Origin: Eledone cirrhosa
Taxonomy: Eukaryota
Reading direction: 5' to 3'
DNA: 64,000 bases
Assembly (NCBI GenBank): GCA_964016885.1
Contig: OZ024762.1
Span: forward strand, 16,988,001 to 17,052,000
Shown: positions 1-11,989 of the stretch, in pieces
How positions within the stretch are numbered: position 1 is the stretch's first letter
How the letters are laid out: each line of letters starts with the position of its first letter
The notes under the pieces: model-generated
Told to the model about the DNA's origin: nothing
The model's input: only the letters and a program-made list of their open reading frames with translations
Database searches by the model: none
Position numbers and translations under genes: made by a program

Positions 1-134
1 GAATCAGGCATTTGGAGATGATGGGTTTGGCATAATGCAAATGGAGGATTTGTGTTCTATTACAAATAGTTTCCAACAAGAGTTCTGTGTCTAGTATGGG
101 TAATCTATGGTTGGGGTGTTTAGCTAGGTAGTCT

Positions 135-490
135 CATCATCATCACCGTTTTACGTCCGTTCTTCCATGCTAGCATGGGTTAGACGGGTTGTCCTGTTGT
201 GGGCAGTGTCTGGTCGGCTGACCATGCCTTGCTCATACAGGAACTGATTTTGGCTTGGTTTCTACAGCTGGATACCCTTCCTAACACCAACCTCATTTAC
301 AGTGAGTGCTGGGTGCTTTTTCGTGGCGCCTACACGTCCACTTTACAGTGTGGGCTGGGTGCTTTTTCTGCCGTGGCATCTCCACGACCTCCTTGCGGTG
401 AGGGGTGTGGGGGCATGTTGTCTATATGCTTCAGCTTGTACCCATGGGAGGTCGGGTACTCTGTATTACTGCGAGACGCCAGTTTATAGT
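135..490 (-). mobile_element. SINE/RTE-tail element with (GAT)n tail and GGTTGGTGTTAGGAAGGG(C/T)ATCCAGCTGTAGAAA motif
   Basis: Same sequence recurs at ~27577-27740, 30720-30972 and 38365-38640; the (TCA)n tail on + marks the 3' end of a minus-strand retroposon. Confidence 0.75.
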
Positions 491-515
491 AACTTTAATA
501 CTCTGGTGGATGGAG

Positions 516-960
516 TTAGCTATTTGCTGGATACTTTCCATGGTGTTCTTCTTTAATTCCTGACTGTTCTCCTGTGGGGGGTGGTTTTACTACAATATTT
601 ATGTCATCTATGTGGCAGGAGTACATAGTCAGGGTTATAAAATCCTCATCTAAGCATTCCTTAAGTCTCCTGTCCCACCTTACCATAAAGAGGTGAGCTA
701 TGTCACCTGCAACGCTGATGCCAATGGCTGCCCCCTCCTCTTGAGCATATATTTTGCCATTAAACTTAAACATATGTTCCTTAAGGGTTAGTTTTATATT
801 GGTCCCCACCGCATGTGCAAACATTTTCTTTACTTCATTGTGGTTTTCGGGGGTCCGTATGGCTCTGGTCCACCCTCTCCACCTTTTTGTGTGGGTCTTC
901 TTGGCCATTGAGATAATGGTCTTATGGGGGCAGAGGCAGCTAAGGTCGTCTGTATCTAAG
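516..960 (-). pseudogene. Penelope-like element reverse transcriptase fragment
   Basis: Translation FKFNGKIYAQEEGAAIGISVAGDIAHLFM...MYSCHIDDINIV matches the PLE RT pattern FxFxGxxYxQxxGxxxG...IAxLFM...YxRYxDD; truncated, with a degenerate catalytic motif. Confidence 0.8.
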
Positions 961-1284
961 TAAACCTTCCTTACCCTGTGTAATTCTAAGTAGGAGCCCC
1001 AAAGACGTTAATTTTGCTGTAGAAAAAGGCGAAAGGAAAACAGAAAAAGAAAAAGGAAAATATGATAAAAAGCAAAATACGAAGAAAAAGAAGCAAAAAG
1101 GAAGACGATTTATAGTGACCCCCCCTCCCCCAAGAAAAAAACTTTAGCTCTAACAGCAGACGTTAAAGGGGAGATAATTCAGCAAATACAACCATTCAAT
1201 TGTGTGTGTGTGTGTGTGTGTTCCTGGCGATAAATATAAAATATTTGATAATATACGAAATAAAAACAACAGAAAATACAACGT

Positions 1285-1415
1285 ACAATATACCTGGTAT
1301 ATAATATACTAGGTGTATAATATACCCGGTGTATAATATACTAGTGTATAGTAAACCCGGTATATAATATACCCGGTGTATAAAAACCCGGTGTATAATA
1401 TACTGGTGTATATGT
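1285..1415. repeat. ~16-bp minisatellite (TATAATATACCCGGTG-like)
   Basis: About 7 imperfect copies visible. Confidence 0.7.
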
Positions 1416-1817
1416 ATATATTTCATGGAGACACTCACACTGAGGCAATTTAATGTTCCATTATAAATATCAATCGCTTGCCAGAAAAAACATCACCGGT
1501 TATTGTTTAACCCTAGGTCAACTTTAATCCAGTAGACCTATGATCAAAAACGTCTAATATATAAATATCCGGTCTTTATAGTATATCGATAAATATTTAA
1601 TTATTTAACGGATCTTTCCTTTTTAAAGACTGTAGGATGTGATTAGTTGGAAATTTGGCTGTTATTTATGGCATATTTAATGATCTTACAGAGCATATAT
1701 ATGTATATATATATATATAGATAGATATATAATGGAAAAATTTGAACAGGGACAAAACAGAGAGGCAGTACGACAAATGTTTATTAATTTCTCGCTCTGG
1801 AGAGTGGGGTGTAGGTG

Positions 1818-1856
1818 GGGGACGACGTTTCGGGCATAAGCCCTTCCTCAGGTGAG
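1818..1856 (-). ncRNA. Minimal hammerhead ribozyme motif (PLE pLTR type)
   Basis: Minus strand reads CAC-CTGAGGA-A-GGGC-TTAT-GCCC-GAAA-CGTC-GT; stem II is perfect, stem III has the palindrome ACGT, stem I is only 2 bp; AATAAA lies downstream. Confidence 0.6.
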
Positions 1857-1915
1857 AAGTGTGTGGTAACAGAGTTCAAAGGGTGTGTAGGGGAGTGGTG
1901 GAGAGACATATAGAG

Positions 1916-1974
<59 letters not shown>

Positions 1975-2124
1975 AAACTGGAACGGGAACAAAGACAGAG
2001 AGGCAGTACAAACAAAGGTTTATTAGTTTCACGCTCTTATATATATATATATATTACTGAGCACCATAGGAACATCAGACTTTCTCATACGCCATGTATA
2101 ATCATTTTTTCAATATTATTAAAA

Positions 2125-2221
2125 GGGGTCTGACGAGCCGTGGATTACAGAGTCGGGCTAGATCGATACAGATCGAACCTTGAGCTGATCAGTGGCGAAA
2201 CGCGCGTCACCAACCAATAAA
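2125..2221 (+). ncRNA. Type I hammerhead ribozyme with extended stem II
   Basis: GGT-CTGACGA(2130-2136)-GCCG...TGGC-GAAA(2197-2200)-CGCGCGTC-ACC; intact core, palindromic stem III ACGCGCGT, GUC site at 2208, stem I GGT/ACC, AATAAA at 2216-2221. Confidence 0.75.
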
Positions 2222-2275
2222 CTATTGAAGGAGTAACCACCCGTCCTTGTTTTATTTTATTATATATTTATATTA

Positions 2276-2375
2276 GAGGTTGACTTTGCCTTTCATCCTT
2301 ACGGGGTCGATAAAGTAAAGTACCAGTAATGCACTGGGTAATTGCTGGCCTTGTGCCTAAAGTAGAAACAATTAT
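2276..2375 (+). mobile_element. 5'-truncated tRNA-derived SINE (core GCCTTTCATCCTTACGGGGTCGATAAAATAAAGTACCAG, Meta-domain-like)
   Basis: Family present in well over 15 copies in the window; (ATT)n tail. Confidence 0.8.
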
Positions 2376-2499
2376 ATATTTATATTAAATGTGTCTTTTG
2401 TATATAGTTGTCATGACAATAGCATGGTGTAATTGCTTGAGGTTCAACACACGAACTCGGATCAAGGTTTTTATTAAAAAGTACAACCCTAAAAATTTC

Positions 2500-4315
2500 T
2501 AAATATCTTCTCTTTTTCCTTCCGTTTTTCTTGATCGCCCATTTATTCTTGGGTGGGTTGTGTGGCCAGTGCACAAATACTCCTTCCAGTGGGTCCTGTC
2601 AGAAGCAACCATCTCCAACTGATCCGGCTGGATCCCCAAAGTGAGACCAGCCAAGGTCAAGGATGTTATCCAACCATCTTGCTCGGGATCTACCTCTGGG
2701 TCTCTCGCCGGTTGGTTTTGCCCGTAAAATTTATCCAGTGATTCTTCCCTGAGACATTCTAACCACATGTCTGTAGTATCAGAGCTGTGATCTCTCAATT
2801 CAGAGAAGTAGTAGCTCTACCTGGAGTGACTCTTTGATCTCCGAGCTACAAATCTGTCCAGTGATTCTTTCCTGAGACATTCTAACCACATGTCCGTAGT
2901 ATCAGAGCTGTGATCTCTCAATTCGGAGAAGTAGTGGCTCTACCTGGAGTGACTCTTTGATCTCCGAGCTACAAATCTGTCCAGTGATTCTTTCCTGAGA
3001 CATTCTAACCACATGTCCGTAGTATCAGAGCTGTGATCTCTCAATTCGGAGAAGTAGTGGCTCTACCTGGAGTGACTCTTTGATCTCCGAGCTACAAATC
3101 TGTCCAGTGATTCTTTCCTGAGACATTCTAACCACATGTCCGTAGTATCAGAGCTGTGATCTCTCAATTCGGAGAAGTAGTGGCTCTACCTGGAGTGACT
3201 CTTTGATCTCCGAGCTACAAATCTGTCCAGTGATTCTTTCCTGAGACATTCTAACCACATGTCCATAGTATCAGAGCTGTGATCTCTCAATTCGGAGAAG
3301 TAGCAGCTCTACCTGGAGTGACTCTCTGATCTCAGAGCTACAAATCTGTCCAGTGATTCTTTCCTGAGACATTCTAACCACATGTCCATAGTATCAGAGC
3401 TGTGATCTCTCAATTCGGAGAAGTAGCAGCTCTACCTGGAGTGACTCTCTGATCTCAGAGCTACAAATCTGTCCAGTGATTCTTTCCTGAGACATTCTAA
3501 CCACATGTCCATAGTATCAGAGCTGTGATCTCTCAATTCAGAGAAGTAGCAGCTCTACCTGGAGTGACTCTTTGATCTCCGAGCTACAAATCTGTCCAGT
3601 GATTCTTTCCTGAGACATTCTAACCACATGTCCATAGTATCAGAGCTGTGATATCTCAGTTCAGAGAAGTAGCAGCTTTACCTGGAGTGACTCTTTGGTC
3701 TCCGAGCTACAAATCTGTCCAGTGATTCTTCCCTGAGACATTCTAACCACATGTCCATAGTATCAGAGCTGTGATCTCTCAATTCGGAGAAGTAGCAGCT
3801 CTACCTGGAGTGACTCTTTGGTCTCCGAGCTACAAATCTGTCCAGTGATTCTTTCCTGAGACATTCTAACCACATGTCTATAGTATCAGAGCTGTGATCT
3901 CTCAATTCGGAGAAGTAGCGGCTCTACCTGGAGTGACTCTTTGATCTCCGAGCTACAAATCTGTCCAGTGATTCTTTCCTGAGACATTCTAACCACATGT
4001 CCGTAGTATCAGAGCTGTGATCTCTCAATTCGGAGAAGTAGTGGCTCTACCTGGAGTGACTCTTTGATCTCCGAGCTACAAATCTGTCCAGTGATTCTCC
4101 CTGAGACATTCTAACCACATGTCTGTAGTATCAGAGCTGTGATCTCTCAATTCGGAGAAGTAGCGGCTCTACCTGGAGTGGCTCTTTGATCTCCGAGCTA
4201 CGCACTTTAACGAGTAACGTTACTCGAAAGAGCCTTCGGGGAAACTCCATTTCGGCCACTTGTATTCACGATCGTATTCTTTCGGTCATTACCCATGATT
4301 CATGACCATAGGTAA
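2500..4315 (-). mobile_element. RTE-clade LINE 3' fragment with internal tandem array
   Basis: Minus translation YGHESWVMTERIRS*IQVAEME...IERSQL*YYGHVVRMSQER...RPRGRSRARWLDNI is typical of the RTE ORF2 C-terminus; contains stops. Confidence 0.85.
2735..4200. repeat. 123-bp tandem array, ~12 copies, derived from RTE ORF2
   Basis: GTGATTCTTTCCTGAGACATT at 2861 and 2984 (period 123). Confidence 0.95.
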
Positions 4316-4416
4316 AGGCATACATGAATGATGATGATGATGATATATATGCGTGTAAGTGCGTGTAAAAATATATTCACATATCTTGCACGTATATAAT
4401 ATCTGTGAAACATATA

Positions 4417-4814
4417 CATAAGGTCCTAACACAAAGGAACCAAACTCCCACTGTCACTGCTTCTTCCGCTCTCCCCATCTCTCACTATTATGACCAAATG
4501 GGGGCCCACATACTGGCTGTTACCGAATGTTAAAGTTGGAGCATTACTGACCCAGCTCCAGGTAACGAGAAACAAAAATAGAAGAGTTATCTTTCTTGTT
4601 TAAGGTTAAGCCTTCTCTAGTTATCTCCCTTTGAAATTTTAACATTAAGCGGTACTCATGGCTATTTCGACGCACCCCCTCGCTAACCCGCGGGCTAATG
4701 CTTTCTTTGTTCAAAACCAAAACTCCATTTAATAATTTTCAATTCGATTAGAGAGCAGGAGAGATGGAGGCAGTGACAGTGGGAGTTTGGTTCCTTTGTG
4801 TTCGGGACCTGGTG
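4417..4814. mobile_element. MITE with ~55-bp imperfect TIRs, flanked by TA
   Basis: AGGTCCTAACACAAAGGAACCAAACTCCCACTGTCACTGC versus GCAGTGACAGTGGGAGTTTGGTTCCTTTGTGTTCGGGACCT. Confidence 0.8.
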
Positions 4815-5039
4815 TATATAAGAGAGAACGAGTCTTTCCCAATTTTGCCACAGTTGAGGATGAGGATAAACTATAGCCTGAGTGAGATACCCGTTGAGGA
4901 TGAAGGAAGACTAACCTGAGTGGGACTCCTTTTGTCGAGGGTGAGGAAAGACTGTAACCTGAGTGGGACTGACAGATGTGTTGGCCACATGTCGAGTAGG
5001 AAGCTGGTAGAGGTATAGAGATTACTGAACTTGTAACCA

Positions 5040-5073
<34 letters not shown>

Positions 5074-5079
5074 TAGGAA

Positions 5080-5292
5080 CGATCGACTTTCGTCAAATCG
5101 GACCGAGGGAACAATGTTTCCGTTGGTCTTTCCAATTGCTAATACTATCTATCGGTCGCAACTCCAGGTAGAAGGAGCAAAGTGAAATAAAGTGTCTTGC
5201 TCAAGGACATAACGCATCGCCTGGTCCATGAATCAAACTCACAACCTTACGATTGCGAATCCAATTCTCTAAATACTCAGCCACACGCCTTC
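5080..5292 (-). mobile_element. tRNA-derived CORE-like SINE
   Basis: A/B-box head followed by CCTTGAGCAAGACACTTTATTTCAC; near-identical plus-strand copy at 54153-54370. Confidence 0.8.
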
Positions 5293-5316
5293 ATCGTTCG
5301 TTCCTATATATATATA

Positions 5317-6141
<825 letters not shown>

Positions 6142-6501
6142 GACACCTGGTGAGAAAATTCTAAATGAACTCCCTACCTTCTCTATATAAACAGTAAGAA
6201 AGTCTCAGGTGTTGTTGGGTGTATCTAATGACAAAGAAAGGGGCAATATATGTAATAATATAGTATAACTAGCAGCGATACCTGGCATTACTCAGGTGCC
6301 AAATATTTTTGTGAAACTTAAATGACTTACAGATAGTTTTTAAGAAGTTCTTTACATATAAAAATCTTAAACATTTATAGTATCAATGATATATGGAGAC
6401 ATACATACACTGGCTCATAAGCATTAATAGGCATATACATACATATATACACACACACATATATACACACGTATACATACACATAGAAAATAGCTTAAAT
6501 G

Positions 6502-6725
6502 CAAACATATAAATTTATATACACACACATGTGAAAATTTGTAGTGTTTGAGTAAAGATTATTTTCTAATATGATTTTGGCATCATCTTTAAAGTACATA
6601 TTTAAAGTCTTGGGCTCCAAGACTTGGATGTACTTTAAAGATGATGCCAATATCATATTAGAAAATAATCTTTACTCAAACTCTGCAAATTTTCACATGT
6701 GTGTGTGTATAAATTTATATGTTTG
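6502..6725. repeat. Imperfect fold-back, ~110-bp arms, 3-nt loop
   Basis: Centre AAGTCTTGG-GCT-CCAAGACTT (6605-6625); arms match out to CAAACATATAAATTTATA / TATAAATTTATATGTTTG. Confidence 0.85.
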
Positions 6726-7364
6726 TTGTGTGTATAAATTTATATATGTCTGTTGTGTTCTGTGGAGATGTGTGGCCTTACCACTAGGCCACAGATCTCC
6801 ACTGAACACAGCAGACACAACCCAGCCCAGGAATTGAACCCACGACATTATGATCGTAAGTCCAACACCCTAACCACTAGGCCACACACTTTCACAATGT
6901 GACACGGGATATGAGGAATATCAAAGCATATCTGTTCACAAAGCGTGTATTATTACAAAAACACTCCATCATTTGTGTAGAGTAATAAATACGGTAATGA
7001 AGATATAAGAGATTTTATAACCTAGATAGGATGTCTTAAGTCATTTTAAGTGGACCCGTGTAGTAAAGTAACAATTTGAGTGTTTCTATAAATAGAAAAG
7101 ACGTGTAGGACAGTATGACACAAATATTAATATTTAAGAAAGAAAAGGGAGAGAAAAAGAGAGAAGGCTGACAGTTGAAACAAGATGTTTCCCACAGAAT
7201 TTAAAAAGGGGACAGGGGAGATGATAATAATGATAATTTCTTTATATTAATGTCCTGAAGGGTGGTAACGAATAAAGGGTCGCATTACAAAGAGAAATTA
7301 CATAAAATGTGGGGAGCTTTACAGAGAAATCAGAGGAGAAAATAAATAAATACACATGTTATTA

Positions 7365-7910
7365 ATTGTTTCTACTTTTTTTGACACAAGGCCAGCAATT
7401 ATTCGAGTGTATTACTGGTACTTTATATTATCGACCCCGTAAGGATGAAAGGCAAAGTTAACCTCGGCGGGATTTGAACTCAGTCCGTAAAGGGACGTAA
7501 CTGTGCTGCAAAGCATGGCGTCCGACCCTCTACCGATTATACTGCCAATCCACTGCCCTCTCATATGTTATTAATAATTGTTTCTACTTTTGGCACAAGG
7601 CCAGCAATCACCCAGTGCATTACTGGTACTTTATTTTATCGACCCCGTAAGGATGAAAGGCAAAGTTAACCTCGGCGGGATTTGAACTCAGAATAGCAAG
7701 AGCCGTAACTCTATGCGTCAAAGCATGGCGTCCGACCCTCTACCGATACTGCCAATCCACCGCCCTTAATAATGGTTTCTTATATAGGCACAAGGCCAGT
7801 AATTTGGGGGGAGGGGAAAGTCGATAAAATCGACCCCAGTGCGTGACTGGTACTTTATTTTATCGCCCCTGTAAGGATGAAAGGCAAAGTTAACCTCGGC
7901 GGGATTTCTA
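7365..7910 (-). mobile_element. Three head-to-tail Meta-like tRNA SINE copies
   Basis: Repeated GGCAAAGTTAACCTCGGCGGGATTTGAACTCAG (reverse of B box + core). Confidence 0.85.
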
Positions 7911-8093
7911 CAAAGGGTTTACATGAAGAAAACATTAAGGACAGAAAACGAGCCAGAAACACCCCTATATGAGCGAGACATGGTCACCTGACACAACTTG
8001 CCTCAAAATAGGACGCGTCTAACCCATGCTAGCGTGGAAGATGGACGTTAATCGATGATGATGATGATGATATATATATATACACACACACAC

Positions 8094-8130
<37 letters not shown>

Positions 8131-8131
8131 C

Positions 8132-8560
8132 ACGATATATTAACAAATGGAAACTATATTTATAAAACCATATTTATTTCATTATACATATTTCAGGACA
8201 CCAAGTTAAACTATGGTGTGCTTTCATCAGATAAAATATAATATAGAGCAGTTTTATAAATAAATATTGACATACCCTTAAAGAATGCGACCATTACTGT
8301 TGGAAGCTCCCGGATATTCTTTAAGGGTATGTCAATATTTATTTATAAAACTGCTCTATATTATATTTTATCTGATGAAAGCACACCATAATTTAACTTG
8401 GTGTCCTGAAATATGTATAATGAAATAAATATGGTTTTATAAATATAGTTTCCATTTGTTAATATATCGTATTTTTACTCCAATAATTTGTTGAGTGCTT
8501 TATATCAGTTATAAAAAATATTTGCTTGTTGTATCCCAACAATTTAAATTGAACTTCTAC
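8132..8560 (+). mobile_element. Fold-back mini-element with two inverted hammerheads (PLE pLTR-like)
   Basis: Arms 8132-8286 and 8316-8470 (155 bp, about 1 mismatch), 29-nt spacer, unique tail to 8560, flanked by (TA)n. Confidence 0.8.
8364..8427 (+). ncRNA. Type I hammerhead ribozyme (mirror copy on minus strand at ~8175-8238)
   Basis: TATTTTAT-CTGATGA-AAGCACACCA-loop-TGGTGTCCT-GAAA-TATGTATA-ATGAAATA; 8-bp stem I with one G-U, 8/9-bp stem II, near-palindromic stem III. Confidence 0.7.
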
Positions 8561-8585
8561 ATATATATATATATATATATATATG

Positions 8586-8649
<64 letters not shown>

Positions 8650-8733
8650 ACTATATATATATATATATATGTAACTATATATATATATATATATATATAT
8701 GTAACTATATATATATATGTAACTATATATATG

Positions 8734-8805
<72 letters not shown>

Positions 8806-8899
8806 ACTATATATATATGACAGAAAGGTTTAGTTTGTTGGTTATAAATGACTTTATGACAAAGACACAGTGGAATATTATTAACTACTGATAAGGTAG

Positions 8900-9750
8900 A
8901 TAGGGGGTGGGGTGGGGGTATGTGGTGGTGGTGGTGGTGGAGGTGGTAGTGGTGGCGGTGGAGGGGGTAGTGGTGGTGGCTGTGGTGGTGATAGAGGCGG
9001 TGGTGGAGGTGGTGGTAGTGGAGGTGGTGATAGAGGTGGTGGTTGGTAGGTGGGTGATGGTGGCGGTAGTGGCGGTGATGGTAGGGGTGGAGGTGGTGGC
9101 AGTGAAGATGGAGGTGGTGGCAGTGGAGATGGAGGTGGTGGCAATGGAGATGGAGGTGGTAGTAGAGGTGGTGGCAGTGGAGATGGGGGTGGTGGCAGTG
9201 GAGATGGAGGTGGTGGCAGTGGAGATGGAGGTGGTGGTAGTGGAGATGGAGGTGGTGGCAGTGGAGATGGAGGTGGTGGTAGAGGTGGTGGTAGTGGAGA
9301 TGTAGGTGGTGGCAGTGGAGATGGGGGTGGTGGCAGTGGAGATGGAGGTGGTGGCAGTGGAGATGGAGGTGGTGGTAGTGGAGATGGAGGTGGTGGCAGT
9401 GGAGATGGAGGTGGTGGTAGAGGTGGTGGCAGTGGAGATGGAGGTGGTGGCAGTGGAGATGGAGGTGGTGGCAGTGGAGATGGAGGTGGTGGCAGTGGAG
9501 ATGTAGGTGGTGGCAGTGGAGATGGAGGTGGTGGCAGTGGAGATGGAGGTGGTGGTAGAGGTGGTGGTAGTGGAGATGTAGGTGGTGGCAGTGGAGATGG
9601 AGGTGGTGGTAGAGGTGGTAGTGGTAGAGGTGGTGGCAGTGGAGGTGGTGGTGGAGAGGGGGGGCAAGGTGGAGTTTGGGGGGGGGGGGTAGTGTGTGTG
9701 TGGTGGGGGGGGGGTTAGAGGAGGTAGTAATGAGTGGTGGTGGGTGGTGA
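8900..9750. repeat. GGT-rich repeat with 21-bp unit GGTGGTGGCAGTGGAGATGGA
   Basis: Direct reading; explains the His/Thr/Pro/Gly ORFs. Confidence 0.9.
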
Positions 9751-9977
9751 TGCACTAAATACATTTCAGTGTAAATGAAGTGGTTGACTTTCACAACAAC
9801 AAAGGAGGACTTTACTTTTCCGTGTCCAATATTTCCATTATTCTGAGATCGTCAAGATATGAAAACTATGTCAACGCTGTTATCTCTGGTTAATCCTTTC
9901 AACAGCAACAAACAAGCCATCCAACCTGACAACAGGGCAGGACTTATAGCTGCTGAGGCCCTAAGGACCTAAGCTAT

Positions 9978-10503
9978 ACCCACAAAGTTTTTAACCATCT
10001 CGCCAACTGCAACCCTGAGCGCCTCTTTGATCTCCATGTGTCTAACACACGTGGACATGCCTACAAGATAAGAAAACAGCACAGCTCCCATGACTTTCGC
10101 AGACATTTTTTCACGCTCAGAGTTGCTGAAGCATGGAACAAACTGCCTGCGTCAATTGTTAGCTGCCGAGACACTGCATCCTTTAAGACACTCATGCTTC
10201 CCGAAATACGCCAAAACTACACCTGATGTGCCCCTTCCATACACATGCACACATGTGTGCACTGTTCATTTTACTGATGTTTGTGCATTGCCCTATGTAC
10301 TGTACATGCACTTTTTTGATGGGTTGTGGTGCACCTGGGCACTGTGCACAATATTTCATTATTGTTATTGTTATTATATCATGACTCATACACTGTTTAT
10401 TTTCCTGACATTTGTACATTATTCTATGTACTATACATGCACCTTTGATGAGTTGTAGTGCACCTGAGCACTGTACACAATAATTTCATTATTATTATTA
10501 TTA
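9978..10503 (+). mobile_element. CR1/L2-type LINE 3' end (ORF2 C-terminus, 3' UTR, (ATT)n tail)
   Basis: NTRGHAYKIRKQHSSHDFRRHFFTLRVAEAWNKLPASIVSCRDTASFK matches the CR1-like C-terminal pattern TRGH...FFxxRVxxxWNxLP...SFK. Confidence 0.85.
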
Positions 10504-10543
10504 TATGAAATTTGAGGCCCTTCTCTAAAAACATTCGAGTATA

Positions 10544-10712
10544 TCATCATCATCATTTTACGTCTGCTTTTCCCTGCTTGCAAGGGCGGGGCGGGTCCTA
10601 TTCAGCACAGCATCTCTCCACTTGTCACGGTCCTTCGTCGTCTCCTCCGTGAGGTTTAGCGATCTGAGGTCTGTTCTCACCACCTCCGCCCATGTTTTTC
10701 GTGGTCTTCCTA

Positions 10713-10713
<1 letters not shown>
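10544..10713 (-). mobile_element. RTE LINE 3' end
   Basis: GRPRKTWAEVVRTDLRSLNLTEETTKDRDKWRDAV plus (GAT)n tail; sister copies at 13702-13980 (-) and 31757-32055 (+). Confidence 0.85.
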
Positions 10714-10766
<53 letters not shown>

Positions 10767-11989
10767 TAATATATATATATATATAATATATATATATATA
10801 AGTATGTATACGTACATACATATATGTATACAGACGTACAGTAGTATGTATATATATACATACATGCACACATATATATATATATAAGGAAAGTATATAC
10901 TTTCAGATGTTCAATCATCTGGCAGGAAGGTATACAGTGCTGACGATAGCTAATAAGCTTGAAACTAGTACATCGTTCCTTTGTCAGTGTTGAACAAAAG
11001 GGCAACGATGGTTGCTAAACACTGTATGGCTTAATTCAGGATGTTTGTTTACAAACAAACCGAGCATTATAATAAATGTTCGGTGAATCCATACGTACAT
11101 ATATATATGTGTGTGCATGTATGTATATATATACATACTACTGTACGTCTGTTTACATATATGTATGTACGTATACATACTTATATATATATATATATAC
11201 GAGTATATTATATACACTAGTATATATAATATATAATATATATACACTAGTATATATAATATATATACACTAGTATATAATATTATATATACACTAGAAC
11301 ACAGGTTCTCAACCCATTTAGGCCAAACGCCCCCTTTTGTCCCTCGAAATCACGAAACGCCCCCTACCCTATTTTTCCATTTTTCAATATACTACTGATT
11401 TTGATATCTGTAGATTACTAAAAAATTGATTAACAATATCCCAAAGATACCATTGCAGGCAGCTGAGAGTATAAATACATTGCTTGAAAGGAAATATATA
11501 AATTTAAAAAAAAGGAACATAAATGTTCTTTTTTATGAATAAGGACCAGTTGAATTTGTTATATTCCCACCAGGCGATACCAGCTATTTTGAACATTTAT
11601 ACAAGAGCAACTCTGTCTATCCAAAGAGTGCTCTTATCTGGAAGAAAGTGGCAATTATATCATTTCAAAGCTTTCCAATTTTCCCTTTAATGAAACAGAC
11701 AGAATAAATGTTGATATCTAACTTGATGTCCCCTCTGCTTTGTGAGCTTAGAGACCACGGAAGAGGGTTTTCATGACCACGCGAGAGGGTATATTTATTA
11801 GTAAATGGTAAAATATATACAACAAATGAGTAAGTGAATTGTAGTAGATGGTTTCCAGTCCAGTCAGACTGCAACTACAAATATAAAAAATTGTTAGTTT
11901 GCTTTGTAACAATAGCATATCCAAGTTTTCAGATAAATCAACTTACTTTAACTTTGACCTCATTTCAATGGGACCCTTGAACTTTATGG

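Noticed and set aside
2735-4200. CRISPR-like regular array (also 40.7, 46.1 and 60.2 kb)
   Set aside because: No unique spacers, units derive from eukaryotic retroelements or satellites, and no cas genes.
8589-9794. His/Cys-, Thr-, Pro- and Gly-rich ORFs resembling mucin or metal-binding proteins
   Set aside because: Open in most frames because of a GGT-based repeat; no unique domain or splice context.
9770-9888. Possible plus-strand exon [39 protein letters not shown] after TTTCAG
   Set aside because: Weak donor (G|GTTAAT), short pyrimidine tract, no partner exon or recognisable homology.
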